NCBI GenBank assembly: GCA_949298405.1
Contig: CASFWA010000001.1
Span: 210,023 to 274,022, forward strand
Source of the DNA: an uncultured Pseudomonadota bacterium
GTDB taxonomy: Bacteria > Pseudomonadota > Alphaproteobacteria > Rs-D84
Direction: 5' to 3'
DNA length: 64,000 nt
Shown: positions 54,350 through 64,000 of the stretch, one piece after another
Numbering within the stretch: position 1 is the stretch's first letter
How the letters are laid out: every line of letters starts with the position of its first letter
Made by a program: the position numbers and the translations under genes
Notes under the pieces: generated by a model
Database searches by the model: none
What the model was told of the DNA's origin: nothing
Seen by the model: the letters and a program-made list of their open reading frames with translations, nothing else

Positions 54350-54780
54350 CAGGGATTTCACAAATTTATCAGGTGCCATATTCTTTGGTAAAAGATTGTT
54401 ATTATATTGTTAATCAAACAAGACCAAGTGAAGCAATTAAGTTATATCATTCTTTGAAATATGATGTTGAAAATCGCAATCATATAATGTTTATATTTAA
54501 TGGGGTTTATTCACCGTTAGGTTTTATAAAAGGTTCTTTGCGTGATTCACTTAATGGCAGAGATTCTGTAATTGATTATTTGTTCGTTGATAAAAAGTAT
54601 CACCATAGTGGAATAGGTACTTATTTATTAAAAACTTACGAATCTTATTGCCTTGAAAGTGGGGCGCAGGAAATTTCTTTGTACAGCGCACCAACTTTGC
54701 AGGCGCGAAAATTTTATGAGAAAAATGGTTATTCTTTGGTTAATCCTAATTATTTGATGGTAAAATCGTTATCAAGATAA
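54346..54780 (+). CDS. GNAT-family N-acetyltransferase
   Basis: Acetyl-CoA binding motif VDKKYHHSGIGTYLLKTYESYC (Q/RxxGxG/A pattern). C-terminal ARKFYEKNGY. Confidence 0.75.
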   Translation: MTGISQIYQVPYSLVKDCYYIVNQTRPSEAIKLYHSLKYDVENRNHIMFIFNGVYSPLGFIKGSLRDSLNGRDSVIDYLFVDKKYHHSGIGTYLLKTYESYCLESGAQEISLYSAPTLQARKFYEKNGYSLVNPNYLMVKSLSR

Positions 54781-54861
54781 ATTGTTAAATTTTCGTAAAA
54801 AAACGAATTGCAACTTTTAATATGCTGGTGTATCATTGCCGCATAATGTTAGGGTTGTAAT

Positions 54862-56658
54862 ATGAATCAAAAGAATATCAGAAATTTTGCTATTGTTGCT
54901 CATATCGATCATGGTAAATCGACTCTTTCAGATAGATTAATTGAAATTACAGGTGGTTTGCAGTCCAGAGAAATGAAAGCGCAAGTTTTGGATTCTATGG
55001 ATATAGAACGTGAACGCGGAATTACAATTAAAGCACAAACTGTTCGCTTGAATTATACGGCAAAAGACGGACAAACTTATCAACTAAATTTAATGGATAC
55101 ACCTGGACATGTGGACTTTTCTTATGAGGTTTCACGTAGTTTGGCGGCTTGTGAAGGGGCTTTAATCCTTGTCGATGCAACACAAGGTGTGCAGGCGCAG
55201 ACTTTGGCTAATGCGTATTTGGCGTTGGATAACGATTTAGAAATGTTGCCTGTTTTGAATAAGATTGATTTACCTTCTAGTGATGTTGAAGCAGCGCGCG
55301 AACAAATTTCAGATGTTATAGGTTTGGATGCTAAAAATGCTATCTGTGTTTCTGGAAAAACTGGGGCAGGGGTAACAGATTTGTTGGAAGAAATTGTCGC
55401 AAAATTGCCTTCCCCTAGGGGAAATGAAAAGGCTTCAACTCGTGCACTGTTGGTTGATTCTTGGTATGATTCTTATTTAGGTGTTGTTATTTTGGTTCGC
55501 GTTGTTGACGGGCAATTACAACGCGGGCAAAAAATAAAGTTTATGGTGACAGGGGCAGAGTATGTGATTGAAAAAATCGGATATTTTACTCCAAAAATGG
55601 TCGATGCAGATAAATTAGAAACAGGTGAAATTGGGTTCATTATTACTGGTATGAAAACAATTCATGACTGTAAGGTTGGTGATACGATTGTAGATGCAAA
55701 AAATCCTTCTGATGAACCTTTGCCAGGGTTTAAACCTTCTATTCCTGTTGTGTTTTCTTCGTTCTTCCCAGTAGAAGCAGATGACTATCCTAATTTGCGT
55801 GACGGTGCGGAAAAGTTGGCCTTGAATGATGCGTCGTTTATGTTTACTACTGAAAAGTCTTCTGCGTTGGGTTTCGGGTTGCGCTGCGGGTTCTTGGGGC
55901 TGTTGCATATGGAAATTATAAGCGAAAGATTGCGTCGTGAGTTTAATCTTAGTTTGATTAATACTGTCCCAAGTGTGCTTTATAAAGTTCATTTGCGCGA
56001 CGGGAGTGTTACGGATTTAGAAAATCCCGCGGATATGCCAGATTTAACAAGAATTCAGTCCATAGAAGAACCTTGGGTGCGCGCCACTATTATGATGCCA
56101 GATAAGTATATGGGCGGAATAATGTCTTTGTGTTCTGAAAGACGCGGTGTGCAAGAAAATATTTCTTATGTCGGAAATAGGGCGGTATTGGTTTACCTTT
56201 TGCCTTTGGCAGAAATTGTATTTGATTTTTATGATAGAGTAAAATCTTTATCTTCGGGTTACGCTTCGTTTGATTATGTTTTGCATGGATATCAGGCTTC
56301 AGATTTGGTAAAGGTTTCTATTCTTGTCAATGATGAAAATGTAGAACCGTTGTCTTTTATGTGTCACAGAAGTTTTGCTGAAAAACGCGGAAGACAAATT
56401 GTAGAAAAGTTAAAAGATTTAATACCGCGTCATCAGTTTAAAATTCCTTTGCAGGCTGCGATTGGTGGAAAAATTATTGCACGAGAAACGATCGCGGCTT
56501 ATCGTAAAGATGTTACTGCAAAATGTTATGGGGGGGATATTACTCGTAAAAGAAAACTTCTTGAAAAACAGAAAGAGGGAAAAAAACGTATGCGTACTTT
56601 CGGTAATGTAGAAATACCTCAGTCTGCATTTATAAATGCTTTAAAGGTTAATTCTTAA
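54862..56658 (+). CDS. lepA: Elongation factor 4 (LepA)
   Basis: G-domain [33 protein letters not shown]. The LepA-specific C-terminal domain is present. 598 aa. Confidence 0.95.
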   Translation: MNQKNIRNFAIVAHIDHGKSTLSDRLIEITGGLQSREMKAQVLDSMDIERERGITIKAQTVRLNYTAKDGQTYQLNLMDTPGHVDFSYEVSRSLAACEGALILVDATQGVQAQTLANAYLALDNDLEMLPVLNKIDLPSSDVEAAREQISDVIGLDAKNAICVSGKTGAGVTDLLEEIVAKLPSPRGNEKASTRALLVDSWYDSYLGVVILVRVVDGQLQRGQKIKFMVTGAEYVIEKIGYFTPKMVDADKLETGEIGFIITGMKTIHDCKVGDTIVDAKNPSDEPLPGFKPSIPVVFSSFFPVEADDYPNLRDGAEKLALNDASFMFTTEKSSALGFGLRCGFLGLLHMEIISERLRREFNLSLINTVPSVLYKVHLRDGSVTDLENPADMPDLTRIQSIEEPWVRATIMMPDKYMGGIMSLCSERRGVQENISYVGNRAVLVYLLPLAEIVFDFYDRVKSLSSGYASFDYVLHGYQASDLVKVSILVNDENVEPLSFMCHRSFAEKRGRQIVEKLKDLIPRHQFKIPLQAAIGGKIIARETIAAYRKDVTAKCYGGDITRKRKLLEKQKEGKKRMRTFGNVEIPQSAFINALKVNS

Positions 56659-56677
56659 AAAAAAGAGTAGTTTCGGC

Positions 56678-57073
56678 ATGTTGAAAGATTTTTTTAAATA
56701 TTTAATAAGAGCACCTTATTTTTATATGAAAAAGGATTTTAAAGAGTACGCGGAAGTTAAAAAGAAAATAGAAGTGTTGAAAAGAGATTGTGATGATGCG
56801 CGTGAAAAAATTACCAAATATAAGGAATTCTCAGAAAATATTTGTAGGGTAATATATACTTTTCCTATGAGAAGTTTTAGAGAACTAGATAGAGATGTGT
56901 TGTGTAATCAAATCATTCATTGTAAATTTTTTTATGACGAAGATAATTGTCAGAATCAGAATTGTAAATATTATGAAAACAAACTACATTATAACAATAT
57001 AAAAAAAGAATTGGCGAATACTTTATATTTAAAAAAATCTTTTTGGGAAAAAAAGAATGATAAGTTAAAATAA
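56678..57073 (+). CDS. Hypothetical small Lys/Cys-rich protein (paralog pair member 1) in AT-rich islet
   Basis: 131 aa. CDDAREKI...C...CKFFYDEDNCQNQNCKYYEN...FWEKKNDKLK. Markedly AT-rich codon usage relative to its neighbours. Confidence 0.5.
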   Translation: MLKDFFKYLIRAPYFYMKKDFKEYAEVKKKIEVLKRDCDDAREKITKYKEFSENICRVIYTFPMRSFRELDRDVLCNQIIHCKFFYDEDNCQNQNCKYYENKLHYNNIKKELANTLYLKKSFWEKKNDKLK

Positions 57074-57101
57074 ATTTATATTAAAGATAAAAGGATATTT
57101 T

Positions 57102-57512
57102 ATGGGAATGTTTTCTTATTTTGTTAGTGCTTCTTGGAAATCTATGCGTGAAGACTTTGAAGATTATATGAGTTTAAGAGAAGAAAGAAGCGCAAAACGT
57201 AAGATTTTTTATGCTGCATGTGATGACTTATATAATAACGTAACTGAAAAGTCCGAATATGATAGTTCTTGTGCTTGTTTTACTAGATTGGATAATACAG
57301 TAAACAATCATTCAGATTCAATTGTATCGCAAGAGTATGAAAAAGTTTGCTCTAATTTTAAACCAGAAAAGTTATGTGCAGTTAAGGATTGCCCATATTA
57401 TTTAAATAATTGGAATTATATTAATACTTTAATGGAATATGGTGAGAGTCAAAGCAAAGTAAAAAATTTTTGGAAAAATAAGTTTAAACAAATACAGGAA
57501 AACAAACGCTAA
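57102..57512 (+). CDS. Hypothetical small Lys/Cys-rich protein (paralog pair member 2) in AT-rich islet
   Basis: 136 aa. CDDLYNNV...C.C...CAVKDCPYYLNN...FWKNKFKQIQENKR. Shares the spacing pattern (EDF/KDF, CDD, C-x2-[QK]-[ND]-C-x-YY-x-N, FW-x-[KN]-K) with the preceding gene. Confidence 0.5.
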   Translation: MGMFSYFVSASWKSMREDFEDYMSLREERSAKRKIFYAACDDLYNNVTEKSEYDSSCACFTRLDNTVNNHSDSIVSQEYEKVCSNFKPEKLCAVKDCPYYLNNWNYINTLMEYGESQSKVKNFWKNKFKQIQENKR

Positions 57513-57513
57513 A

Positions 57514-58512
57514 ATGGCTCACCAATTCTTTTTTAATCCTTTTATACTAGATAATCTGCCGGCACCAAGTTCTGGATTTGATGTCGTGCAAGATATATCA
57601 GAACCAAGATTGCGCATGTATATAACTAGCCGTGGTGTAAAAAGTTTCTTTGTTAGAAAACGGGTTCACGGTAAGGACAAAAGAATAATAATAGGTAATT
57701 ATCCTGAAACTGATATAGAAACGGCTAGGGCGGCTGTGCCAAATATTTTACAAGAGGCTGCGAAAAAGAAGCCTATTCGTCATAAAAAAATTTTAATGCG
57801 TAAATTGTTAGATTTATATATGACGAATCGGGTTAGAAGAAATAGTTATTCTTATGATAAATTAGAACGTGCTATTGATAGACATTTAAAAACTTTGTTC
57901 GAAAGATATGTTTCAGAAATTTCTTCTCTGGATATTGCAAATGTTATTAGTGCGATAGAAGGTCGGGCGATTGCAGGTAGAATGCAGGAATTTTTGCAAA
58001 GTGTTTTTAAATATGCTATTGATATTGGATATTCTAAACAGAACCCTGTATTAGGGTTACCGAAGATAGAACAAAAACGTCGCGTTAGACCTTTAAATAA
58101 ATTCGGGTTTAATAAGCTTGTTCGTGTTATAGAAAAAGAAAAAAATCAGAATCTTCGTGCTGCTTTCTTAATGCTGATTTATGGTTTTGCGCCAAAATCA
58201 AAGATTTTTTCTATGCAATGGAAAGACCTTGATTTTAACCATTATACTTGGTGTGACAGACCTTTGTCGGATGCAGCGGTTGTTTTGTTGCAGGATTTAC
58301 CACAAGATAGTAAGTGGGTGTTCCCTGGTCGTGGTAGAGGACATTTAACAGACCCAAGATTAGCATGGAAACATATTGCAGAAAAAGCAGGTATCCCAAA
58401 TTTAACAATGGATGATGTTTATAAGTTTTTATCCCGTCAACTTGTTTGGGCTTCTGATAAAGAAGATTTTAGAGCAAATATGAATGCTGTTATTGATGAT
58501 GTGATGGCCTAA
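57514..58512 (+). pseudogene. Integrase-like protein (P4-type tyrosine recombinase N-terminal arm-binding/SAM-like domains) lacking the catalytic residues; probable mobile-element remnant
   Basis: The N-terminus (FFFNPFILDNLPAPSSGFDVVQDISEPRLRMYITSRGVKSFFVRKRV) matches the integrase arm-binding domain. At the catalytic-domain positions, GFAPKSK replaces the first Arg, MDDVYKFLSRQ replaces HxxR, and the protein ends before the catalytic Tyr. The 332-aa reading frame is intact. Confidence 0.55.
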
Positions 58513-58645
58513 TCATAGAAAAGTGCTTTTGTCAAGTTTTGTTATTGTTTGTTATAATTTCTTGACACTGTTGTCATAAAATGATAGTTTTTATTAATGA
58601 CGCCCATGGTTGGGCCAAAAATTTAACTGAAACAAAGGATAAAAA

Positions 58646-58879
58646 ATGACAACTTTTGAAAAAGTAAAAAAAATTGTAACTGAAAAATTGGGCGTTTCAG
58701 AAGCAGAAGTTACAGAAGAAGCATCTTTCATTAATGATTTGGGTGCTGATTCTTTGGACGTTGTTGAATTCATCATGGAAGTTGAAAAAGAATTTGATAT
58801 CACTATTTCTGATGAAGATGCAACAAAGTTAGTTACAGTTGGTGATGCAGTTAAATATATCGAAGCTCATCAGAAATAA
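58646..58879 (+). CDS. acpP: Acyl carrier protein
   Basis: 77 aa with the phosphopantetheine-attachment motif [11 protein letters not shown]. Confidence 0.95.
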   Translation: MTTFEKVKKIVTEKLGVSEAEVTEEASFINDLGADSLDVVEFIMEVEKEFDITISDEDATKLVTVGDAVKYIEAHQK

Positions 58880-58911
58880 TAGTTTGTAATGAAACTTTGG
58901 TAAAGATTATA

Positions 58912-58950
58912 ATCCGTCTCGCATTTGTTTGTGGTGACGGATTTTTTTCT
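58912..58950 (+). terminator. Rho-independent terminator after acpP
   Basis: ATCCGTC...GACGGAT stem with a 17-nt loop, followed by TTTTTTT. Confidence 0.6.
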
Positions 58951-59016
58951 GTACGTTTTACCAGAAACAGGTTATTATATAACCAATCGATTAAAACTTT
59001 ATAAAGGATGTTTAGT

Positions 59017-60270
59017 ATGAAAAGAGTTGTTATTACTGGTATGGGAATTGTGTCTCCTGTTGGTACTGGTATCGAATACGCATGGAAGAATATCGTAAAT
59101 GGAGTTTCCGGGGTACGTAAAATTGATACGTTTGATGTGTCCGATTTGAATTCTCAGATTGCAGGGTTGCCAGTCGTTGGTACAGAACCAGGGCAATATA
59201 ATCCAGATGCAGTTGTGGAACCACGTGAACAACGTAAAATGGATAAGTCTATTGTTTATGGTATGGTCGCTGCTGATGAGGCTATTCGTGATGCAGGGTT
59301 AATAGACTATGATGGTGATAAAAATCGTATAGGGGTTTCTGTCGGTGCAGGTATCGGTGGCTTAAATACTATCTATGATAATTGTGTCGAATTGTATGCA
59401 GGTGGCCCGCGTCGTATAAGCCCCTTCTTTATACCAAAAGCAATTATTAATATGACTGCTGGGAATATTTCAATTAAGTACGGTTTGAAAGGACCAAATT
59501 TATCTGTTGTGACTGCATGTGCGTCTGCGGCTCATTCTATTGGTGAAGCAGTTCGTTTGATTCAGCATGGTGATGCAGATGTTATGATTGCAGGTGGTGC
59601 AGAAGGTGCAGTCGGTAAAATTGGTGTTGCTGGGTTCTGTGCAATGAAGGCTTTAAGTACTCGTAATGATGACCCTGCTGGTGCTTCTCGACCTTGGGAT
59701 AAAAATCGTGATGGTTTCGTTATGGCAGAAGGCGCTGGTATCTTGGTCTTGGAAGAATACGAACATGCGGTTGCGCGTGGCGCAAAAATTTATGCCGAAG
59801 TTGCTGGATATGGTTTATCTGGTGACGCGTATCATATTACTGCGCCGGCTCCTGGTGGGGAAGGCGGTATGCGTGCAATGCAGGCGGCTTTAAAAGATGC
59901 TGGGTTGCAACCAAAAGACGTTGATTATATTAATGCGCATGGTACATCAACTGGGTTAGGTGATATGGGTGAATTGACCGCAGTTAAGACCTTGTTTGCA
60001 GGAACTGATGCATGTATGTCTTCAACTAAATCTATGACAGGGCACTTGTTGGGTGCGGCTGGCGCGGTTGAGTCTATATTCTGTGTATTGGCGATTCGTG
60101 ACGGTATTGTCCCGCCAACAATTAATTTACAAGACCCAGAAGATGAAGTTGGTGATTTCAACTTGGTTCCGAATAAAGCACAAAAACGTGATGTTAAAGT
60201 TGCGTTAAGCAATTCGTTCGGGTTCGGTGGTACAAATGCAAGTTTGATTTTGAAAAAATTTGAAAAGTAA
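59017..60270 (+). CDS. fabF: 3-oxoacyl-ACP synthase II
   Basis: KAS fold: active-site Cys in VVTACASAAHSIG, His-His in NAHGTSTGLGD and MTGHLLGAAG, and C-terminal NSFGFGGTNASLI. ATG at 59017 with AAGGA RBS. Confidence 0.9.
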   Translation: MKRVVITGMGIVSPVGTGIEYAWKNIVNGVSGVRKIDTFDVSDLNSQIAGLPVVGTEPGQYNPDAVVEPREQRKMDKSIVYGMVAADEAIRDAGLIDYDGDKNRIGVSVGAGIGGLNTIYDNCVELYAGGPRRISPFFIPKAIINMTAGNISIKYGLKGPNLSVVTACASAAHSIGEAVRLIQHGDADVMIAGGAEGAVGKIGVAGFCAMKALSTRNDDPAGASRPWDKNRDGFVMAEGAGILVLEEYEHAVARGAKIYAEVAGYGLSGDAYHITAPAPGGEGGMRAMQAALKDAGLQPKDVDYINAHGTSTGLGDMGELTAVKTLFAGTDACMSSTKSMTGHLLGAAGAVESIFCVLAIRDGIVPPTINLQDPEDEVGDFNLVPNKAQKRDVKVALSNSFGFGGTNASLILKKFEK

Positions 60271-60288
60271 AAATTACAACTGTATTTG

Positions 60289-60320
60289 ATAAAAACGCGG
60301 GTTTTACCCGCGTTTTTTTC
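60289..60320. terminator. Bidirectional terminator (fabF / acyl-CoA synthetase convergent)
   Basis: AAAAACGCGGG-TTTTA-CCCGCGTTTTTTT. Confidence 0.8.
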
Positions 60321-60331
60321 TTATGTGTTTT

Positions 60332-62047
60332 TTATTTTTCTTCGTCTTTACCAAGACCAATTGTACTTTTGATTGGTTCGATAATTGTATTCTTGGCACT
60401 GTCTAATGTGCGAATTAAAGCACGACGAATTTTGCCGCTAATCGTCATAGGCAGGCTATCTACGAATTCTATCACTCGTGGATATTTATATGATGCAGTG
60501 CGACTTCTTACATGGTCTTGTAATTGACGGATTAGAATGTCGGTTGATTGGAAGTATTTATTTAATACTATTGTTGCTTTAACCGCCATACCACGCGATG
60601 GGTCTGGAATACCTGTTACTGCTACTTCGCGAACGGCTGGATGTTCCAGTAATACACTTTCTACTTCAAATGGGCTTACGCGATAACCAGATGTTTTTAT
60701 TAAATCGTCGTTTCTGCCGACAAACCAATAATATCCATCCGAATCGCGATATGCTACATCGCCTGTGTGGTAATAACCATCACGAAATACTTGTGATGTT
60801 AATTTTTCGTTTTTATGATAGCCCTGGAACAGTCCTGTTGGACGGGCGTCTTTTAGGGAAACACAGATTTCACCCACTGTGCCGTCTGGAACGGGACGGC
60901 CACTTTCGTCTAATAATTGAACATCCCAACCCGCCGCAGGCATTCCCATACTGCCTGGTTTTGGTTCAATCCATTCATTGCAAAATAACATCACGCATGT
61001 TTCTGTTTGTCCGAAACCTTCATGTAGCTTTATGCCAGTTGCTTTAAAGAAGCGTTCGAATACTTCTGGATTTAAAGCTTCACCAGCGATATCTGCTTTC
61101 TTTAATGAAGATATATCGTATTTTGTAAAGTCTGCATGTATTAACATTTTATATACCGTTGGTGGTGCACAGAATGATGTAATATGATTTTCAGAAATTG
61201 CAGTTAATAAATCGTGGGCTGTTGCAATACTTGAAAAATCAAATACAAATACTGTTGCACCAGCCAGCCATTGACCGTACATCTTGCCCCATGAACATTT
61301 GGCCCATCCCGATTCAGATAAAGTAAAGTGAATGTCATCATCTTTTAAACGTTGCCAAAATAGAGCAGTATTTATATGCCCCAGGGGATATATGAAATTA
61401 TGTGCAACCATTTTTGGCATATCTGTTGTGCCACTAGTAAAGTAAATTACCATTGTGTCTGTATTCTCGTTGTAAACACGTTCTAGGGTTTCAGGCATTT
61501 TAGATAAAGAATCTGCAACTTCATCATTTGTTATGAATTGTATTTCTTTATCACCGATAGCGTTTTTAATTTCGTTTACAACATGACCGTCATCAAATGC
61601 AATGATTGCTTTTACATCGGCCTGTTGAATACGGTATTCAATATCTTCTGTTTTTAACTGGTTCGTTGAAGGAATAGGAATTACCCCGATTTTATGCATC
61701 GCTAACATTAAAATCCAATATTCCCAACGACGGCGTAAAAATAAAAGTACTGTATCGCCTTTTTTTAAGCCGCGACTTGATAGAAAATTGGCAGCCGCGT
61801 TCGACATTTTTGATAAATCTTTGAAAGTAAAAGATTTCTTTTCCCCTGAATCATTTGTCCAAAGTAGTGCAACTTTATCTGGTTCTTCATTTGCAAGCAC
61901 ATCAATTACGTCATAAGAAAAATTAAAGTTGCTAGGAATTTGTGGGGCACCGTTTTCTATGTAATCTTTATAATCGTCAAATTTGTTTTTCTTTAAAAAT
62001 TTAAGTGCATACATATATGTATCCTTTATAAATTTATACCTTCGCAA
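60332..62047 (-). CDS. AMP-dependent synthetase/ligase (acyl-CoA synthetase family)
   Basis: AMP-binding motif IYFTSGTTDMPKMV. Hinge/A8-like GYYHTGDVAYRDSDGYYWFVGRNDDLIKTSGYRVSPFEVE. C-terminal ...ISGKIRR. Confidence 0.75.
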   Translation of the reverse strand: MRRYKFIKDTYMYALKFLKKNKFDDYKDYIENGAPQIPSNFNFSYDVIDVLANEEPDKVALLWTNDSGEKKSFTFKDLSKMSNAAANFLSSRGLKKGDTVLLFLRRRWEYWILMLAMHKIGVIPIPSTNQLKTEDIEYRIQQADVKAIIAFDDGHVVNEIKNAIGDKEIQFITNDEVADSLSKMPETLERVYNENTDTMVIYFTSGTTDMPKMVAHNFIYPLGHINTALFWQRLKDDDIHFTLSESGWAKCSWGKMYGQWLAGATVFVFDFSSIATAHDLLTAISENHITSFCAPPTVYKMLIHADFTKYDISSLKKADIAGEALNPEVFERFFKATGIKLHEGFGQTETCVMLFCNEWIEPKPGSMGMPAAGWDVQLLDESGRPVPDGTVGEICVSLKDARPTGLFQGYHKNEKLTSQVFRDGYYHTGDVAYRDSDGYYWFVGRNDDLIKTSGYRVSPFEVESVLLEHPAVREVAVTGIPDPSRGMAVKATIVLNKYFQSTDILIRQLQDHVRSRTASYKYPRVIEFVDSLPMTISGKIRRALIRTLDSAKNTIIEPIKSTIGLGKDEEK

Positions 62048-62150
62048 AGAAAAGTATTGCAGATATTTTTTATAAGTGAAAGAAAAATAACATATAAAAA
62101 GAGTTGATTTTTTTGGCGTCCAGTAGCATAATCCGGCTACTTAGATTGTG

Positions 62151-62227
62151 CGGAGTGTAGCTCAGTCTGGTAGAGTGCTACGTTCGGGACGTAGAGGTCG
62201 CTGGTTCGAACCCAGTCACTCCGACCA
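62151..62227 (+). tRNA. tRNA-Pro (anticodon CGG)
   Basis: Acceptor CGGAGTG/CACTCCG, D-arm GCTC-AGTCTGGTA-GAGT, anticodon stem CTACG/CGTAG with loop TTCGGGA (CGG), T-arm GCTGG-TTCGAAC-CCAGT, discriminator A, encoded CCA. Confidence 0.85.
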
Positions 62228-62299
62228 AAAGTTTTTCAGTATTTAAGTGATAAATTTTACTTTTGCAATTTGTCTTTTATTTGTAATAATTTGTCGGTC

Positions 62300-63304
62300 A
62301 TGAAAAAAAGAAAACTTTCAAAAAATATTATCTTTAAATCAGTCGGGCTTTTTGCTGGACTGCTATTGTTATTCTTATTTTATTTTTTTGGTGTCAAATC
62401 TACAGTAAAAAATGATTCTCTTTTCGAAGTCGCTAAGGGGGCTAGTGTTTCAGCAATTGCTTCTCAGTTGCAGGATTATGGCTTAATCGATTCTATTCCG
62501 ATGTTTAAAATAGCTGTGCGTGGTAATGGTGGTAAAATACAAACTGGTAAATATGAAATACCAGAAGGAACAAGTGTTTGGCGCATTGCACGTATGTTTG
62601 CAACTGGTGATATTGCAACCGTCACAGTTGTTGTTCCAGAAGGATTAACAGTTAAGCAAATAAAGCAGTTGTTGTTAGATACTCCTACATTGACAGGTTC
62701 TGTTGAGTGTGGAAAAGGTACTGACTTGCCTGTGTGCGATTTGCATGATGGTGATCTGTTCCCAGATACTTATAAAGTTGCCAGGGGAACTTCCAGATTG
62801 GCGTTCTTGGATTTGATGCGTAAAAAAATGGATGATACAAAAGCAGTTTGGGAAAAAACTGGTCGAATGATGCCAAAGCAACTTAAAAATTGGAATGATA
62901 TTATTACTTTGGCTTCTATCGTTCAAAAAGAAACACCAAAAGCATCCGAAATGCCGATAGTAGCAAGCGTTTATTTAAATCGTCTTGAAAAAGGTATGCG
63001 TTTGCAAGCAGACCCAACTGTCGTTTATGCTATTACTAATGGGGTGGGAGATATGCAAGGCGCACCTTTATTGCGGGGGCATCTGAAAGTAGAAAGCCCT
63101 TATAATACTTATGTACGTTATGGGGTGCCGCCAGCACCAATAGCAAATGTTGGAATGGATGCTATAAAATCGGTTTTGCAACCAGCGGATACAAATTATT
63201 TATTCTTTGTCGCAGATGGAAATGGTGGACATAAGTTTTCAAAATCTTATGAAGAACATATGAAAAATCATGCCAATTGGCGTAAAATAAAAAACAGTAA
63301 ATAA
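62300..63304 (+). CDS. mltG: Endolytic murein transglycosylase MltG (YceG family)
   Basis: N-terminal TM anchor. YceG-like domain with LASIVQKETPKASEMPIVASVYLNRLEKGMRLQADPTVVYA. ATG at 62300. Confidence 0.85.
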   Translation: MKKRKLSKNIIFKSVGLFAGLLLLFLFYFFGVKSTVKNDSLFEVAKGASVSAIASQLQDYGLIDSIPMFKIAVRGNGGKIQTGKYEIPEGTSVWRIARMFATGDIATVTVVVPEGLTVKQIKQLLLDTPTLTGSVECGKGTDLPVCDLHDGDLFPDTYKVARGTSRLAFLDLMRKKMDDTKAVWEKTGRMMPKQLKNWNDIITLASIVQKETPKASEMPIVASVYLNRLEKGMRLQADPTVVYAITNGVGDMQGAPLLRGHLKVESPYNTYVRYGVPPAPIANVGMDAIKSVLQPADTNYLFFVADGNGGHKFSKSYEEHMKNHANWRKIKNSK

Positions 63305-63544
63305 TTTTTATTTGTTATGTTTTTTAATAATTATATTTGTTTAATGCTTTGAAAGCCTTGAAATATGCGTGTTTGGTTGTGTCAATAAGAATCTAATCCG
63401 AATCACAAATCCGCCTGATTATAGCATATTTCCGGGCTTTTTGCAAAAATCTTTTAACTTGAAAATGGTTTAGGTTGCGGTCTAAAATATTCCTAGCTAG
63501 ATAAATATTTTCTAGTTTGAATAACTCAACTGAAAGGATAGAGT

Positions 63545-64000
63545 ATGAAAAAAGTAGTTTTAACATCATTGTTGGCTGTTTTTGCTGTGTCGGGCGCAAA
63601 TGCTGCTGTTATTAATGATAATCCATTGTATCGTCCAGATGCAGGAAAGTTCTACAGCATGACAGAATTATCTTCTAATACAAATTCTACAACTTTAGTA
63701 AATTTGGACGAAGAATTTGGTTATGGTATTACTGATAGACTGGCTGTTGGTGTTGCAATGTCTATGGCGGAAAATAATTGGTTTGATCAATCTCAATGGG
63801 GTACATTGGGAATTGGTGTAAATTATCGTCTGTTAGATATGGCTAATTGGAAAGCAGATGTTTACGGTAGTTATGGCGTTAACCCTGTTTGGGATTATGG
63901 CGCAAGTTTTATGGATGAAGACCTGACTTGGTACAATTGGAATGTCGGCGTTCGCGCAGGTTATATGACAGGCGCTTGGACTGTTGCAGGACACGTTGAT
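63545..64000 (+). CDS. Outer-membrane protein (small beta-barrel/porin-like), 3' end beyond window
   Basis: ATG at 63545 with AAAGGATAGAG RBS. Signal peptide MKKVVLTSLLAVFAVSGANA^AVI. Alternating amphipathic beta-strand pattern. Truncated by the window end. Confidence 0.5.
   Translation, partial: MKKVVLTSLLAVFAVSGANAAVINDNPLYRPDAGKFYSMTELSSNTNSTTLVNLDEEFGYGITDRLAVGVAMSMAENNWFDQSQWGTLGIGVNYRLLDMANWKADVYGSYGVNPVWDYGASFMDEDLTWYNWNVGVRAGYMTGAWTVAGHVD

Overview
Low-GC, gene-dense chromosomal segment that looks like a reduced-genome alphaproteobacterium (Rickettsiales/Holosporales-like gene content: gatCAB, sufBC, tolB, pal, ftsEX, a virB2-like pilin paralog). The taxonomy is inference only. Most of the window is housekeeping: miaB, gatCAB, ruvX, sufBC, rpsT, plsY, dprA, dnaA, parE, dnaJ, pgsA, uvrC, rluC-like, asmA, cdaA, dnaN, ppa, efp, fba, tolB, plsC, ftsEX, pal, rbfA, lepA, acpP, fabF, an acyl-CoA synthetase, mltG, and two tRNAs (Phe-GAA, Pro-CGG). 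Many intrinsic terminators are visible as GC hairpins followed by T-runs.

The accessory content is what stands out:
1. Four tandem paralogous genes (45.4-52.5 kb) encode Sec-signal-peptide fibrous proteins. They are built from phage-tail-fibre-like repeats, one collagen-like Gly-X-Y run and Ala/Thr-rich tandem repeats. Near-identical DNA blocks are shared within and between the genes, which suggests a recombining surface-fibre family. This is the best candidate for an undescribed system.
2. A dispersed DNA-uptake or type IV pilus toolkit: a lipoprotein secretin with a TcpQ-like partner, a type IV pilin with an atypical +1 Arg, and dprA directly upstream of dnaA.
3. A family of secreted Cys-rich proteins sharing a C-terminal module.
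4. An orphan RHH (BrnA-like) antitoxin-like gene ahead of a 315-aa unknown.
5. An AT-rich islet with two small paralogous proteins and a catalytically degenerate integrase-like gene.
6. Two candidate structured non-coding RNAs.
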